Below, one piece after another: positions 15,295-23,346 of a stretch of DNA of 36,286 nucleotides (positions are counted from its first letter, which is position 1; each line of letters begins with the position of its first letter). The position numbers were made by a program, and so were the translations under genes. The stretch comes from Candidatus Woesearchaeota archaeon. GTDB lineage: Archaea; Nanobdellota; Nanobdellia; Woesearchaeales; ARS49. The stretch covers positions 1-36,286 of the forward strand of contig JAGVYM010000047.1 of the NCBI GenBank assembly GCA_018303245.1, read 5' to 3'. The notes beneath the pieces are model-generated. The model saw nothing but the letters and a program-made list of their open reading frames with translations, was not told where the DNA came from and did no database searches.

Positions 15295-15303
15295 TGTTAC
15301 GAA

Positions 15304-15329
15304 AGCCTCTGACGGGAAGCAACACCCTC
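15304..15329 (-). repeat. displaced copy of the tRNA-Thr 3' end (att-like direct repeat, left island border)
   Basis: AGCCTCTGACGGGAA (15304-15318) is identical to 23346-23360, the acceptor 3' strand, T-stem and discriminator of tRNA-Thr. An imperfect extension (CACCC) corresponds to the T arm. Confidence 0.6.
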
Positions 15330-15405
15330 TTCGTAAGCACAAACTCGCTTACAGGTTGATGCGAGAATCTGATAAGGTGTACTCCAGCAAGTATTTATTT
15401 CAAAT

Positions 15406-15451
15406 GTTGGGTTTAATACCCCGCAGCTTGCTGCGGTTTGCAGTATCCAAC
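15406..15451. repeat. structured repeat copy 1 (stem-loop element)
   Basis: GTTGG...TAATACCCCGCAGCTTGCTGCGG...CCAAC. The inner hairpin CCGCAG-CTTG-CTGCGG is enclosed by the 5-bp outer stem GTTGG/CCAAC. Confidence 0.5.
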
Positions 15452-15460
15452 TTTGAAATT

Positions 15461-15546
15461 AGAAAATACCGGTCGACCGCAGTAGAGAAAATGAGCGTAA
15501 TACCCCGTCAGCTTGCTGCGGGATAGCTCATTTTCAGGTATTTTCT
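15461..15546. repeat. structured repeat copy 2 inside nested inverted repeats
   Basis: Outer 10-bp stem AGAAAATACC (15461-15470)/GGTATTTTCT (15537-15546). Palindrome CGGTCGACCG (15470-15479). Second 10-bp stem GAAAATGAGC (15487-15496)/GCTCATTTTC (15526-15535), which encloses TAATACCCCGTCAGCTTGCTGCGG. Confidence 0.55.
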
Positions 15547-15564
15547 TTATTTCTTTTGAATTGC

Positions 15565-15663
15565 TTAAGCAAATTGTGCAATGACCCAGATGATAAAATA
15601 CAAAATCCCTACTATGAAGACAATCCAGGCTAAGACGCCAATCCATCCGAAGTTGCCCTTCAT
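15565..15663 (-). CDS. possible 32-aa single-TM peptide
   Basis: ATG ORF MKGNFGWIGVLAWIVFIVGILYFIIWVIAQFA. It is not in the ORF track because it is under 60 aa. Hydrophobic core typical of small membrane proteins. No other support. Confidence 0.3.
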   Translation of the reverse strand: MKGNFGWIGVLAWIVFIVGILYFIIWVIAQFA

Positions 15664-15788
15664 TTCAGTTGCACTTAAAGAGTTAGCAACGTCAATTAGT
15701 GAAGCACGTAATTAACTATCACTGGACACGCTTCAACGAAAGTCTTATTAATGAACAAACCTTCCATTAAAAAGGGGTGTAAAAGAGG

Positions 15789-16703
15789 ATGCCTGCGCTT
15801 GCACAAGAACATCTGAAGAAAGAATCTGCTCAGACTGCAGAGCTTATAGAGATTAAGGAATTCAAGGCAAAAAATGGAAGTATCTTCTTAGGTGACTGTC
15901 TTAAGACAATGCAACAACTGCCAGAAAACAGTATCACTTTGGCATTCACATCACCACCTTATCTTAACGCAATAAACTATGAAGAGCATGTTGAAAAACT
16001 TCAAGGAAAGAAAGAACGATGGGAGCGTAAAGAAGTATCATATTCTGAGTATCGCGACTTTTTAGTCTACCGCTTCAAAGAACTCCTTCGTATCACCAAG
16101 CCAGGAGGATATAACGTAGTTAACATTGCGCCAGTCGGCTGGAACGGTACGCGCGTCGCTTTACCATTCCATTTTGTTAGCTGGATGGAGTCCATAGGCT
16201 GGAAGTTCTGCGAAGATATTATTTGGGAAAAACCAGTTGCAAAAGACAGAAGATCCGGAGTCTTACTACAGCACCCCTATCCTGGTTATTATTATCCGAG
16301 TCTTGTTTCTGAATACGTCTTTGTCTTCCAGAAACCCGCAGAAAAAGAAAAAACAGAAAACATTTACTGGCACAGGTCAAAAGAAGAAAAGGAAAGAAAT
16401 CGCATTGACTTGAAAGACTACCAAGGCGAGATGAGTAAAAACGTTTGGAAAATACGTCAAGTAGCACCACAAGAAACCATTCATCCTTGCGCGTTTCCTG
16501 TTGAACTTGCTTCAAGAATAATCAAATTTTACTCATACAAAGATGATGTAGTAGTAGACATCTTTGCCGGAAGTGGACAAACATTGTTAGCCGCTGAAAT
16601 GCAAGGTAGAAAGTTCATAGGAATGGACACGCAAAAAGAATATGTTGATTATGCTCTTGAAAAGATCAAGAAGGTGGAAGGGCAAAAGAAGCTCACTGAT
16701 TAA
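15789..16703 (+). CDS. DNA methyltransferase, beta-class (N4-cytosine or N6-adenine), type II R-M
   Basis: Motif IV FTSPPY near the N-terminus and motif I VVDIFAGSGQT near the C-terminus (beta permutation). SPPY favours m4C. Confidence 0.9.
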   Translation: MPALAQEHLKKESAQTAELIEIKEFKAKNGSIFLGDCLKTMQQLPENSITLAFTSPPYLNAINYEEHVEKLQGKKERWERKEVSYSEYRDFLVYRFKELLRITKPGGYNVVNIAPVGWNGTRVALPFHFVSWMESIGWKFCEDIIWEKPVAKDRRSGVLLQHPYPGYYYPSLVSEYVFVFQKPAEKEKTENIYWHRSKEEKERNRIDLKDYQGEMSKNVWKIRQVAPQETIHPCAFPVELASRIIKFYSYKDDVVVDIFAGSGQTLLAAEMQGRKFIGMDTQKEYVDYALEKIKKVEGQKKLTD

Positions 16704-16704
16704 T

Positions 16705-17829
16705 ATGAATGTTCTTGCAAGAATTGAAAACGTAGTATATGAATCTTTACTTTGTCGCGATCTCCCAATTGTTTCTTTGAAAGAGTTTGAAAATGGCAAA
16801 GCATTTGTCAATTCCTCTTTTGTAATTGATATTAAAGAAGGAAAAATTGCTGTAAGTCACTGGGTTTCTGCAAAAAGAACACGAAGTTACCCTTTCGCTC
16901 GTGTTTATGACACCATGAATTACAAAACCAGAGTCACAATCATACCTCTTGTAAAAGATGAAGGCAAAGATGGTGATCGAGATTATTTACAATGGGATAC
17001 TGTTTCACTCATGAGTCTTCTTGGTGTACACGTAATCATTGCGTACTACAAAAAAGCCAAAAAATCAGAAGAATACAAAAATAAGATAACAGACCAGGAA
17101 TTTGATTACAAATACCTCAAAGAGAAACTCCAAGAATTACTGAAATACAAATCTGGCGCGTTACACTGGAATCTGAAACAATTATCAGAAATCAACAAAA
17201 TCTCAAAGAAATGCGAAAATGCGTATTACAAACAAATAAGCAAAAAATGTGGTGTAGAGCTTCATGGCATCGATAGTTTCAAAGAACGCATTAGGCAAAT
17301 CACGGAAGACGTGGAAAAATTCAAGGAGTTTTCAAGAGAACTTGCAAAATCGGCACAGCACAGAGAATCGCTTACAACCCAACCAAAAGAACGAGTCGTA
17401 AATGAAAAAGGCACAATAACTATAACTAATTACTTGGGCGGGGCATACTATTTCACTGTTGATGAACTTGTTATTGACAAGAAAAAACTATTTTTGATCG
17501 AAAAGAAGCATTCTCGCGATTCAATTCCGAGCCTTGCGGATGTTCAGGATGGACTAATTAAGATGATTCTGTACTCTAATCTTGCACAAGCAACAGTTGA
17601 TGGTATTGAATATCAAATCAAGCCAGTACTTGGACTTACTGCAGATCATTTCACAGGATTGTGCGGAAGCCTAACCGAATTGCAAGCTTGTGGAAAGCAG
17701 TTAAGCAAAAGTGATTTTGAGATGCTTTCTACATTATTCAAAGAGGCGGAGAAAAATGGATTTAAAGTATTTATTATGGATTCTTCCAAGAAAACACTCC
17801 AAGACAAGTTTTTAGATAAAATATCTTAA
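16705..17829 (+). CDS. putative cognate type II restriction endonuclease
   Basis: The ATG lies 1 nt after the MTase stop. Candidate PD-(D/E)xK core: VDELVIDKKKLFLIEKKHS. I recognise no other family. Confidence 0.5.
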   Translation: MNVLARIENVVYESLLCRDLPIVSLKEFENGKAFVNSSFVIDIKEGKIAVSHWVSAKRTRSYPFARVYDTMNYKTRVTIIPLVKDEGKDGDRDYLQWDTVSLMSLLGVHVIIAYYKKAKKSEEYKNKITDQEFDYKYLKEKLQELLKYKSGALHWNLKQLSEINKISKKCENAYYKQISKKCGVELHGIDSFKERIRQITEDVEKFKEFSRELAKSAQHRESLTTQPKERVVNEKGTITITNYLGGAYYFTVDELVIDKKKLFLIEKKHSRDSIPSLADVQDGLIKMILYSNLAQATVDGIEYQIKPVLGLTADHFTGLCGSLTELQACGKQLSKSDFEMLSTLFKEAEKNGFKVFIMDSSKKTLQDKFLDKIS

Positions 17830-17868
17830 AACAATAAGTATTTTAAGACTCGTGATTCAATAAGCGTT

Positions 17869-18108
17869 ATGTTAACACTTTCAAAATCCAAGTACGTTTT
17901 GGGCCTTCAATGTCCTAAACTTTTGTGGTGTTTGTTTAATGCTCCGGAACTTATTCCACCAATAGATGAAAGCACGCAAGCTATTTTTGATCAAGGTCGT
18001 GAAGTTGGCAATTTTGCTGAAACTCGAAGACACCGCATCATCCCAATCAGTTCAACTTTTGTGAAGATGACATCAAAAGCATCTTTGGATTGTACGAACC
18101 AGAATTAA
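17869..18108 (+). pseudogene. N-terminal fragment of a DUF2779-type (Cas4/RecB-like) nuclease
   Basis: LSKSKYVLGLQCPKLLWCLFNAPELIPPIDESTQAIFDQGREVGNFAE matches the characteristic DUF2779 N-terminus. Similarity ends after about 50 aa and the ORF stops at 79 aa. Confidence 0.5.
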
Positions 18109-18341
18109 GTATCCTGCGTGTCTGGAATCCTAATTCTCAAAGAAATCCTATTTACCCTGATTATTTGGACTCGTTGAAAGACCATGAGAGTTGGGTTGTT
18201 CTTGCTTCAATACTCTCTCAACCAACTTGCACTCCCAAAATTATACACCACGTTATCGAACGAAAAGGGTTTAGCAAAGGTTACGAATACCTCTTAGAAA
18301 TAATCACGAGAAACCCAAATACTGAATTGAGAACACTTGAC

Positions 18342-18581
18342 TTAATCATGAACGACACTCTTGTTGAGCCACGCGTAATATTGTTTGAGTATGACTTTGA
18401 CGTCGTGTTTTGTCCAGAAAGAGTATTCGCCATTTTCGTACGTGTTGACGAGCCGTTTCAAGTCAAGCTCAGTTGCCTTTTCATACGGCTTGCCGATTTT
18501 ATGAATGAACGTAAAGAAATCTTCACAGGCAAATGAGAAAATGAAAAAGTCAGCACCAAAATTCAGCCTGCTCTGGTTCAT
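18342..18581 (-). pseudogene. N-terminal fragment of a tyrosine recombinase/integrase (SAM-like domain only)
   Basis: KATELDLKRLVNTYENGEYSFWTKHDVKVILKQYYAWLNK resembles the N-terminal core-binding domain of archaeal integrases. No catalytic domain is found in any frame downstream. Confidence 0.45.
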
Positions 18582-18660
18582 ATTCTGGACAATACTCTTC
18601 GGAATAGGCGGACTTGTTTACATCGTATGGGTGTACTTCAAACAGCAAGAGGCAAAATGA
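18541..18660 (+). CDS. 39-aa single-TM protein, translationally coupled to the lipoprotein gene
   Basis: MKKSAPKFSLLWFIFWTILFGIGGLVYIVWVYFKQQEAK. Its TGA overlaps the next ATG (ATGA at 18657-18660). Confidence 0.4.
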   Translation: MKKSAPKFSLLWFIFWTILFGIGGLVYIVWVYFKQQEAK

Positions 18661-19580
18661 AAAAATTCTTTGCTTTGATATTCTTATGCTTCTTTCTTAT
18701 TTCCTGTTTACAGCCAACACCAGTCCCGCTTGAATCCACTGAGCCAAGTATGCAAGAAGACGCGGAAACGCCAACATCTGAACAAACATTAGAACCAGAA
18801 ACTGGCAAGGCGAAAATGACTCCTGAAGAACTTCGTGATTTGTTGGAGTCAGGTTATTTCAAAGATGAATCCAACAAGCCAAAACCAACAGAAGTAATAC
18901 AATCAGATGAGACTGATTTTGTTGAAGTACCAAAGTCAGAGCCCACTACAGGAGCTTCGTTATTGAGCAAGTGCATTCAAATCTGCATAAAAAACGGTGA
19001 AGTAGATGGAGCAGACAAAAAAACAATGGAATTCTTGCCTTCTGCTTGTAGTGCTGCTTGTGGAAACATTGCGATGTACGGTGGTGAAGAACGGCTTTTG
19101 ACAGTAATTAAACATTACGAAGAGTCCATCAAGTTTCACCAGAATTTTAACGCAGGGCTCTACGATAAAGATATAGAACAATGCAAGACGTGGAAAACAG
19201 AAGCGATAACTGCAAAGAACGAGCACTGGCACTTCCAAAGCAATTATGCTGAAGCTCATCAAACAAAAATCGATGACAACACGCTAAGGGTGTGCGAACA
19301 AAGCGTTAAAGACTGGGTTTTAGAACAAAAACAAGAAAAGCCTCTTGGAATAGAGTTTAAAGAAGAGGCAGATTCTATAAAGGATAAAGAGCGTAAAGTC
19401 ACTGATGAATGTTATCCCACTATGTATGAATATAAACGATTGGTATTCACGAAAAGAAATGAGTTAGACCAGCACAATCTTGAGAAGGAGTCTATTAGCG
19501 ATTGTTTGCTAAGAGTCATTCATCCTGAATTTTACGACTACATCGAAGGCTTGAAGAAAGGCATCCCTAACTGGCAATAA
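18657..19580 (+). CDS. secreted lipoprotein-like protein, function unknown
   Basis: Signal peptide with a lipobox-like LISC (MKKFFALIFLCFFLISC), an acidic low-complexity linker, and a Cys-containing C-terminal domain. Confidence 0.65.
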   Translation: MKKFFALIFLCFFLISCLQPTPVPLESTEPSMQEDAETPTSEQTLEPETGKAKMTPEELRDLLESGYFKDESNKPKPTEVIQSDETDFVEVPKSEPTTGASLLSKCIQICIKNGEVDGADKKTMEFLPSACSAACGNIAMYGGEERLLTVIKHYEESIKFHQNFNAGLYDKDIEQCKTWKTEAITAKNEHWHFQSNYAEAHQTKIDDNTLRVCEQSVKDWVLEQKQEKPLGIEFKEEADSIKDKERKVTDECYPTMYEYKRLVFTKRNELDQHNLEKESISDCLLRVIHPEFYDYIEGLKKGIPNWQ

Positions 19581-19766
19581 AGACCGATACCAAAAGCCTG
19601 CCCAAACTGCAACAGCAGAATATGGGACAAACCAAAATAAAAAACACTGGCACTGCTACATTTTCTTCGGACGCCGGGACCGAGTAGTGCATACTCCTGT
19701 GATTTCTAATATGTGTAGAAGTAGCGAAGTATAAAAGAATTACGAAAGAATGACAATGCATCAAGT

Positions 19767-20600
19767 TCACTTTACAATTCCCAGTCTTAGAAGTCGGGCA
19801 CGAATGGCACTTGGTTGTCTTCCCATTACTTGTGCTATTTCTTTTATTGGTTTATTTTCAAGGAACAACTCTTTTAATCTGTTCTCTAATTCGTCATCCC
19901 AAGGCTCATGAGCGCTAGGATGAGCCGTGTGTATTTTCTGAAGGCGTGTCAGGGTTTTCGGAGCATCTAAGTCTATGTTTCCGTTCTTTTTAATCTGATT
20001 AACCTGCACCCCATTAGGCACAGTAAGCCAACGAGTAATCAACGCTTCATATTCGGTGAGCCGACAACCTTGTCCCTCACTTGAAGGATTTTGAATCCCA
20101 AAATCTTGAGCAAGCCAATCAGTGAAAGTCAAAACATGAAGTTTTTCAGACGCATTATAAATATAAAACCAGACATTAATTCGAGAGTTTTTTAATTTCT
20201 CCTTATCAGGCACTGATATGGACTTAACTTTATCAATTATCTCGAACTTGGAATTTATCACAACCATTTGGGAATGTTTATACTTGTTTAAAAGTTTGAA
20301 ATCTTTTTCATTAAGGTCGCCATTCCACCTATATCTGACTTCTACCACTCTTCGCTTACCACTTTTATGAATAATAACAAAATCAGGCAAAGTTTTAAGG
20401 AAATCAGCATTATCACCCAAGTCTGTAAAACTGAAGTCATCTTTAAATGCTTTTGTGAAATATTCCATTTGGGTTGTTGGAATAGTCATATATTCCTTTC
20501 CTAAATGGCATACAAGAAAGCCCATATCCCTGAAAGCATGTTCAATTAAAACTTCTGCAATCTTCCCTTTCACCATACGTTCAGTAACATCAACAGTCAT
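19767..20600 (-). CDS. PD-(D/E)xK-like nuclease-fold protein with a C-terminal HTH domain
   Basis: N-terminus: KGKIAEVLIEHAFRDMGF ... LPDFVIIHKSGKRRVVEVRYR, i.e. an E / PD / ExK-like layout with R in place of K. C-terminus: WDDELENRLKELFLENKPIKEIAQVMGRQPSAIRARLLRLGI, a Myb/sigma-r4-like HTH. The start is set at the ATG at 20600, 26 nt downstream of a TATA box at 20622-20629 (minus strand). Confidence 0.65.
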   Translation of the reverse strand: MTVDVTERMVKGKIAEVLIEHAFRDMGFLVCHLGKEYMTIPTTQMEYFTKAFKDDFSFTDLGDNADFLKTLPDFVIIHKSGKRRVVEVRYRWNGDLNEKDFKLLNKYKHSQMVVINSKFEIIDKVKSISVPDKEKLKNSRINVWFYIYNASEKLHVLTFTDWLAQDFGIQNPSSEGQGCRLTEYEALITRWLTVPNGVQVNQIKKNGNIDLDAPKTLTRLQKIHTAHPSAHEPWDDELENRLKELFLENKPIKEIAQVMGRQPSAIRARLLRLGIVK

Positions 20601-20647
20601 AGTCCTCAATAAACCAAGCTCATATAAAAGTCTTGTTAAGAAAAGAA

Positions 20648-20748
20648 GTGTTTAGCTGCAAGAGGTGCCGAGCGACACATTTGTCGTCAATGACACCATT
20701 AAATTCATTATTGAATTGTGAAAATTTGTCTAGACGTGAGCTAAACAC
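20648..20748. promoter_or_regulatory. nested palindromic (cloverleaf-like) element of about 100 nt between divergent promoters
   Basis: Outer 10-bp stem GTGTTTAGCT (20648-20657)/AGCTAAACAC (20739-20748). Inner hairpins CGACA-CATT-TGTCG (20673-20686) and AATTCA-TTAT-TGAATT (20702-20717). Palindrome GTCTAGAC (20728-20735). Confidence 0.45.
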
Positions 20749-20803
20749 GTACATAAAGAACAAAACTTATTAAATAACATGTGAATATCTTATCATAATA
20801 CAG

Positions 20804-20811
20804 TTTATAAA
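20804..20811 (+). promoter_or_regulatory. TATA box for the RecQ-family helicase gene
   Basis: TTTATAAA lies about 85 nt upstream of the ATG at 20897. A GAGGA SD-like motif lies about 9 nt before the ATG. Confidence 0.4.
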
Positions 20812-20896
20812 GGAATTTATCAAGAGAAAGAAAAAAGAACCTATTGGCCAATCTCAAAAAAGAGGAGTTGAGATATTAACTATTTGAGGAAATTTA

Positions 20897-23023
20897 ATGG
20901 AAGACAAAACTGAATTGAACGATTTTGAAAGAAGAATAATCGAGCAAGTAGAACATGCAAATGCAAACGACATTGATTTTTCAGATTGTACTCCGCTGAA
21001 CGTTGCTCGGACGGTATTCGGATTTAATGGTTTCAAGGAAAATGGACAAGAAAAAATAATCGAGTTCGTTCTACATAAAAAAGGAGACGTTTTAGGAATT
21101 ATACCAACAGGCGGCGGGAAATCTGCTTGTTTTCAAATACCTGCATTAATTCAGAAAAACATGACTGTGGTAATTAGTCCATTAATCGCTTTGATGAAAG
21201 ATCAAGTGGAAAGTTTAGTTAGGAAGGGAATTCATTCCTCCTTTTTTATTAATTCTTCAATAAATGAAGAGGTTAAAGAAAAGATAATTTCTTTAATTAT
21301 GCAAAATAAAGTAAAATTACTATATATTGCTCCGGAATCTTTACAATCAGAAAGAATTCAAAATATTTTATCAAAAGTTAAAATAGATTTAGTGGTTGTT
21401 GATGAAGCACACTGCATATCGACTTGGGGACATAACTTTAGACCTGATTATCTAAAATTAGCAGAGATAATAGAAACACTCGGTTCTCCGCCAGTATTAG
21501 CATTGACTGCGACAGCCACAAAAAAAGTCATTATTGATATTAATATACAATTAAAGAGGGAGTTTAAGACGTTTAAGGCAAGTTTTGATAGGCCTTTATT
21601 GTACATGGTTGTTCAGGATGTTCCCGATAATATTGATAAAGAAATCTTTTTCCTAAACTTAATTAAAAAACTAACTGGACCAACAATAGTATTTGCCCGA
21701 ACAAGAGAATTAACTGAAAACCTTTCAATTCTATTAAACCAGAATAACATAAGAAGTATTTTCTATCATGCGGGACTAAATTCTGAAGAAAGGCAAAAAC
21801 GACAAAACTCATTCATGGATGGCGAATGCAATATTATCATTGCAACAATTGCGTTTGGCATGGGTATTGATAAGAAAGACATAAGAAACATCATCCATTA
21901 CAATATGCCTCAATCTGTTGAAGGATATTATCAAGAAATAGGGAGAGCGGGGAGAGATGGAGATAAGTCAAATTGTATTTTACTTTTTACCGAAGGAGAT
22001 ATTCATAGAATGAAAGCGTTAATTTCTACAGATTGGCCTAACAAAGAGAAAATCGAGGACTTAATTAACCATTTAAAAAACAAAACAACTAATTTAATAT
22101 TTGCTAATGCGAAAGGATTAGAATATGAAACGGACATAAAGGAAATTCCCGTACGTTTGATTTTACACAGATTAGAAGAAGCAGAAGCAATAAAGAAATA
22201 TTCCAGTGTGCTTCATAATTTTAAAGTAAAATTTAATAAAAAGCATCTTGAAATTATTGCTTTATCAGATAAAAGGTATGTTGATGATATTAAGAAAATA
22301 TTATCTTCTGAATATTTTAAAAGCGTAAGATCAATTATTAATCTTGAGATGTTAGTTGATGAAACAAAAATGAATTACTTTAAAGTTCTAGAAATTTTTA
22401 GGTATTTGGCTGGTCAGAATTACATAGATATAACAAAAGAACAACATAAAGATTTAATTTTTATTAAAAAAGAACTAAATTCATTTGATATTGCGCCTCT
22501 TGTAACTCTTTTTCAAGATATATTAAATAAAAACTACCAAAAAATTGATGATCTTGTCATATGTCTAACATCTCAAAATTGTATTCGTAGAAGTGTTTTA
22601 GAATATTTTGATGAACCAAACTTAAAAACGAAATGTGACATGTGTTCTAATTGTGTTGCATTAGAAATGTTAAATACTATACCTATGAAGATAAATGAGA
22701 ATTATGCCACGGATGAAGAGATAACTGCATTATCAAGTCTTAAAATAGATATAAATAGTGACGAATTTCATATTATCTTACTAAAATCAGTGGGAATTGA
22801 TAAGTGCATCCCTAAAAAAGATTTCGCTAAAGTACTAAATGGTACTTTACACAGATTATCTGCAAAGTGGAAATTTGAATTATGCTCTTATAATATATTA
22901 AAAGAAGAAGAATCGAAGATTGGAGATACTGTAAACAAATTAGTATCTGATGAATTAATGGAAATTACTCCTGATGGTGAATTAAGAATTACAAAAAAGG
23001 GAATAACTACCCTTTTAAAATGA
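20897..23023 (+). CDS. recQ: RecQ-family ATP-dependent DNA helicase with a large insertion and an extended C-terminus
   Basis: PTGGGKSACFQIPAL, VISPLIALMKDQV, VVDEAHCISTWGHNFRPDY, LTATAT, and YQEIGRAGRDG. The RecQ zinc motif (NCIRRSVLEYFDE...CDMCSNC) appears only about 210 aa after motif VI. The gene is very AT-rich. Confidence 0.9.
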   Translation: MEDKTELNDFERRIIEQVEHANANDIDFSDCTPLNVARTVFGFNGFKENGQEKIIEFVLHKKGDVLGIIPTGGGKSACFQIPALIQKNMTVVISPLIALMKDQVESLVRKGIHSSFFINSSINEEVKEKIISLIMQNKVKLLYIAPESLQSERIQNILSKVKIDLVVVDEAHCISTWGHNFRPDYLKLAEIIETLGSPPVLALTATATKKVIIDINIQLKREFKTFKASFDRPLLYMVVQDVPDNIDKEIFFLNLIKKLTGPTIVFARTRELTENLSILLNQNNIRSIFYHAGLNSEERQKRQNSFMDGECNIIIATIAFGMGIDKKDIRNIIHYNMPQSVEGYYQEIGRAGRDGDKSNCILLFTEGDIHRMKALISTDWPNKEKIEDLINHLKNKTTNLIFANAKGLEYETDIKEIPVRLILHRLEEAEAIKKYSSVLHNFKVKFNKKHLEIIALSDKRYVDDIKKILSSEYFKSVRSIINLEMLVDETKMNYFKVLEIFRYLAGQNYIDITKEQHKDLIFIKKELNSFDIAPLVTLFQDILNKNYQKIDDLVICLTSQNCIRRSVLEYFDEPNLKTKCDMCSNCVALEMLNTIPMKINENYATDEEITALSSLKIDINSDEFHIILLKSVGIDKCIPKKDFAKVLNGTLHRLSAKWKFELCSYNILKEEESKIGDTVNKLVSDELMEITPDGELRITKKGITTLLK

Positions 23024-23346
23024 AAGTCATTATTAATAATTCACAAACTCGTAGCATTTATAAATAAAAAATCCGAATTCTTAACAGCCGACACTTAACA
23101 TCCACAGGTTGAACAATACGTTAAGAAAAGAGGTATTTGCTGAACACTACATTTCGTGAACATTCGCTATTAAGAAAACCACACTATGTTTTTAACAAAG
23201 CTCTTGCGGTCACAAGTGGACGACACAAGCCGACAAGCTCCCTAAAGTATGTTCAAACCTCAAATGTAAAAGCCCATACTGGGACTCCAAGAGAAAAGAA
23301 AGGAAAATCTAAAAGAATCCCTAAGTTTGTTACGTTTGGTTATACA

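Larger units (their letters stand above)
15319..23345. mobile_element. integrated genomic island of about 8 kb (degenerate integrative element) at tRNA-Thr
   Basis: Flanked by same-orientation copies of the tRNA-Thr 3' end. Contains an integrase N-terminal fragment, an R-M pair and other gene fragments. Visibly more AT-rich than the flanks, especially 19.6-23.1 kb. Confidence 0.55.

Noticed and set aside
15414-15521. Mini CRISPR array: two hairpin-containing repeats of about 23 nt, 84 nt apart.
   Set aside because: There are only two copies, and they differ by an indel. Each is embedded in its own different flanking stem. The spacing is longer than a normal repeat-spacer unit, and there are no cas genes in the window.
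18342-18360. SSV-type partitioned integrase, where the Int(N) fragment ends in an att site matching a tRNA.
   Set aside because: The sequence at the integrase breakpoint shows no similarity to tRNA-Thr or tRNA-Val, and the fragment is not at an island border.
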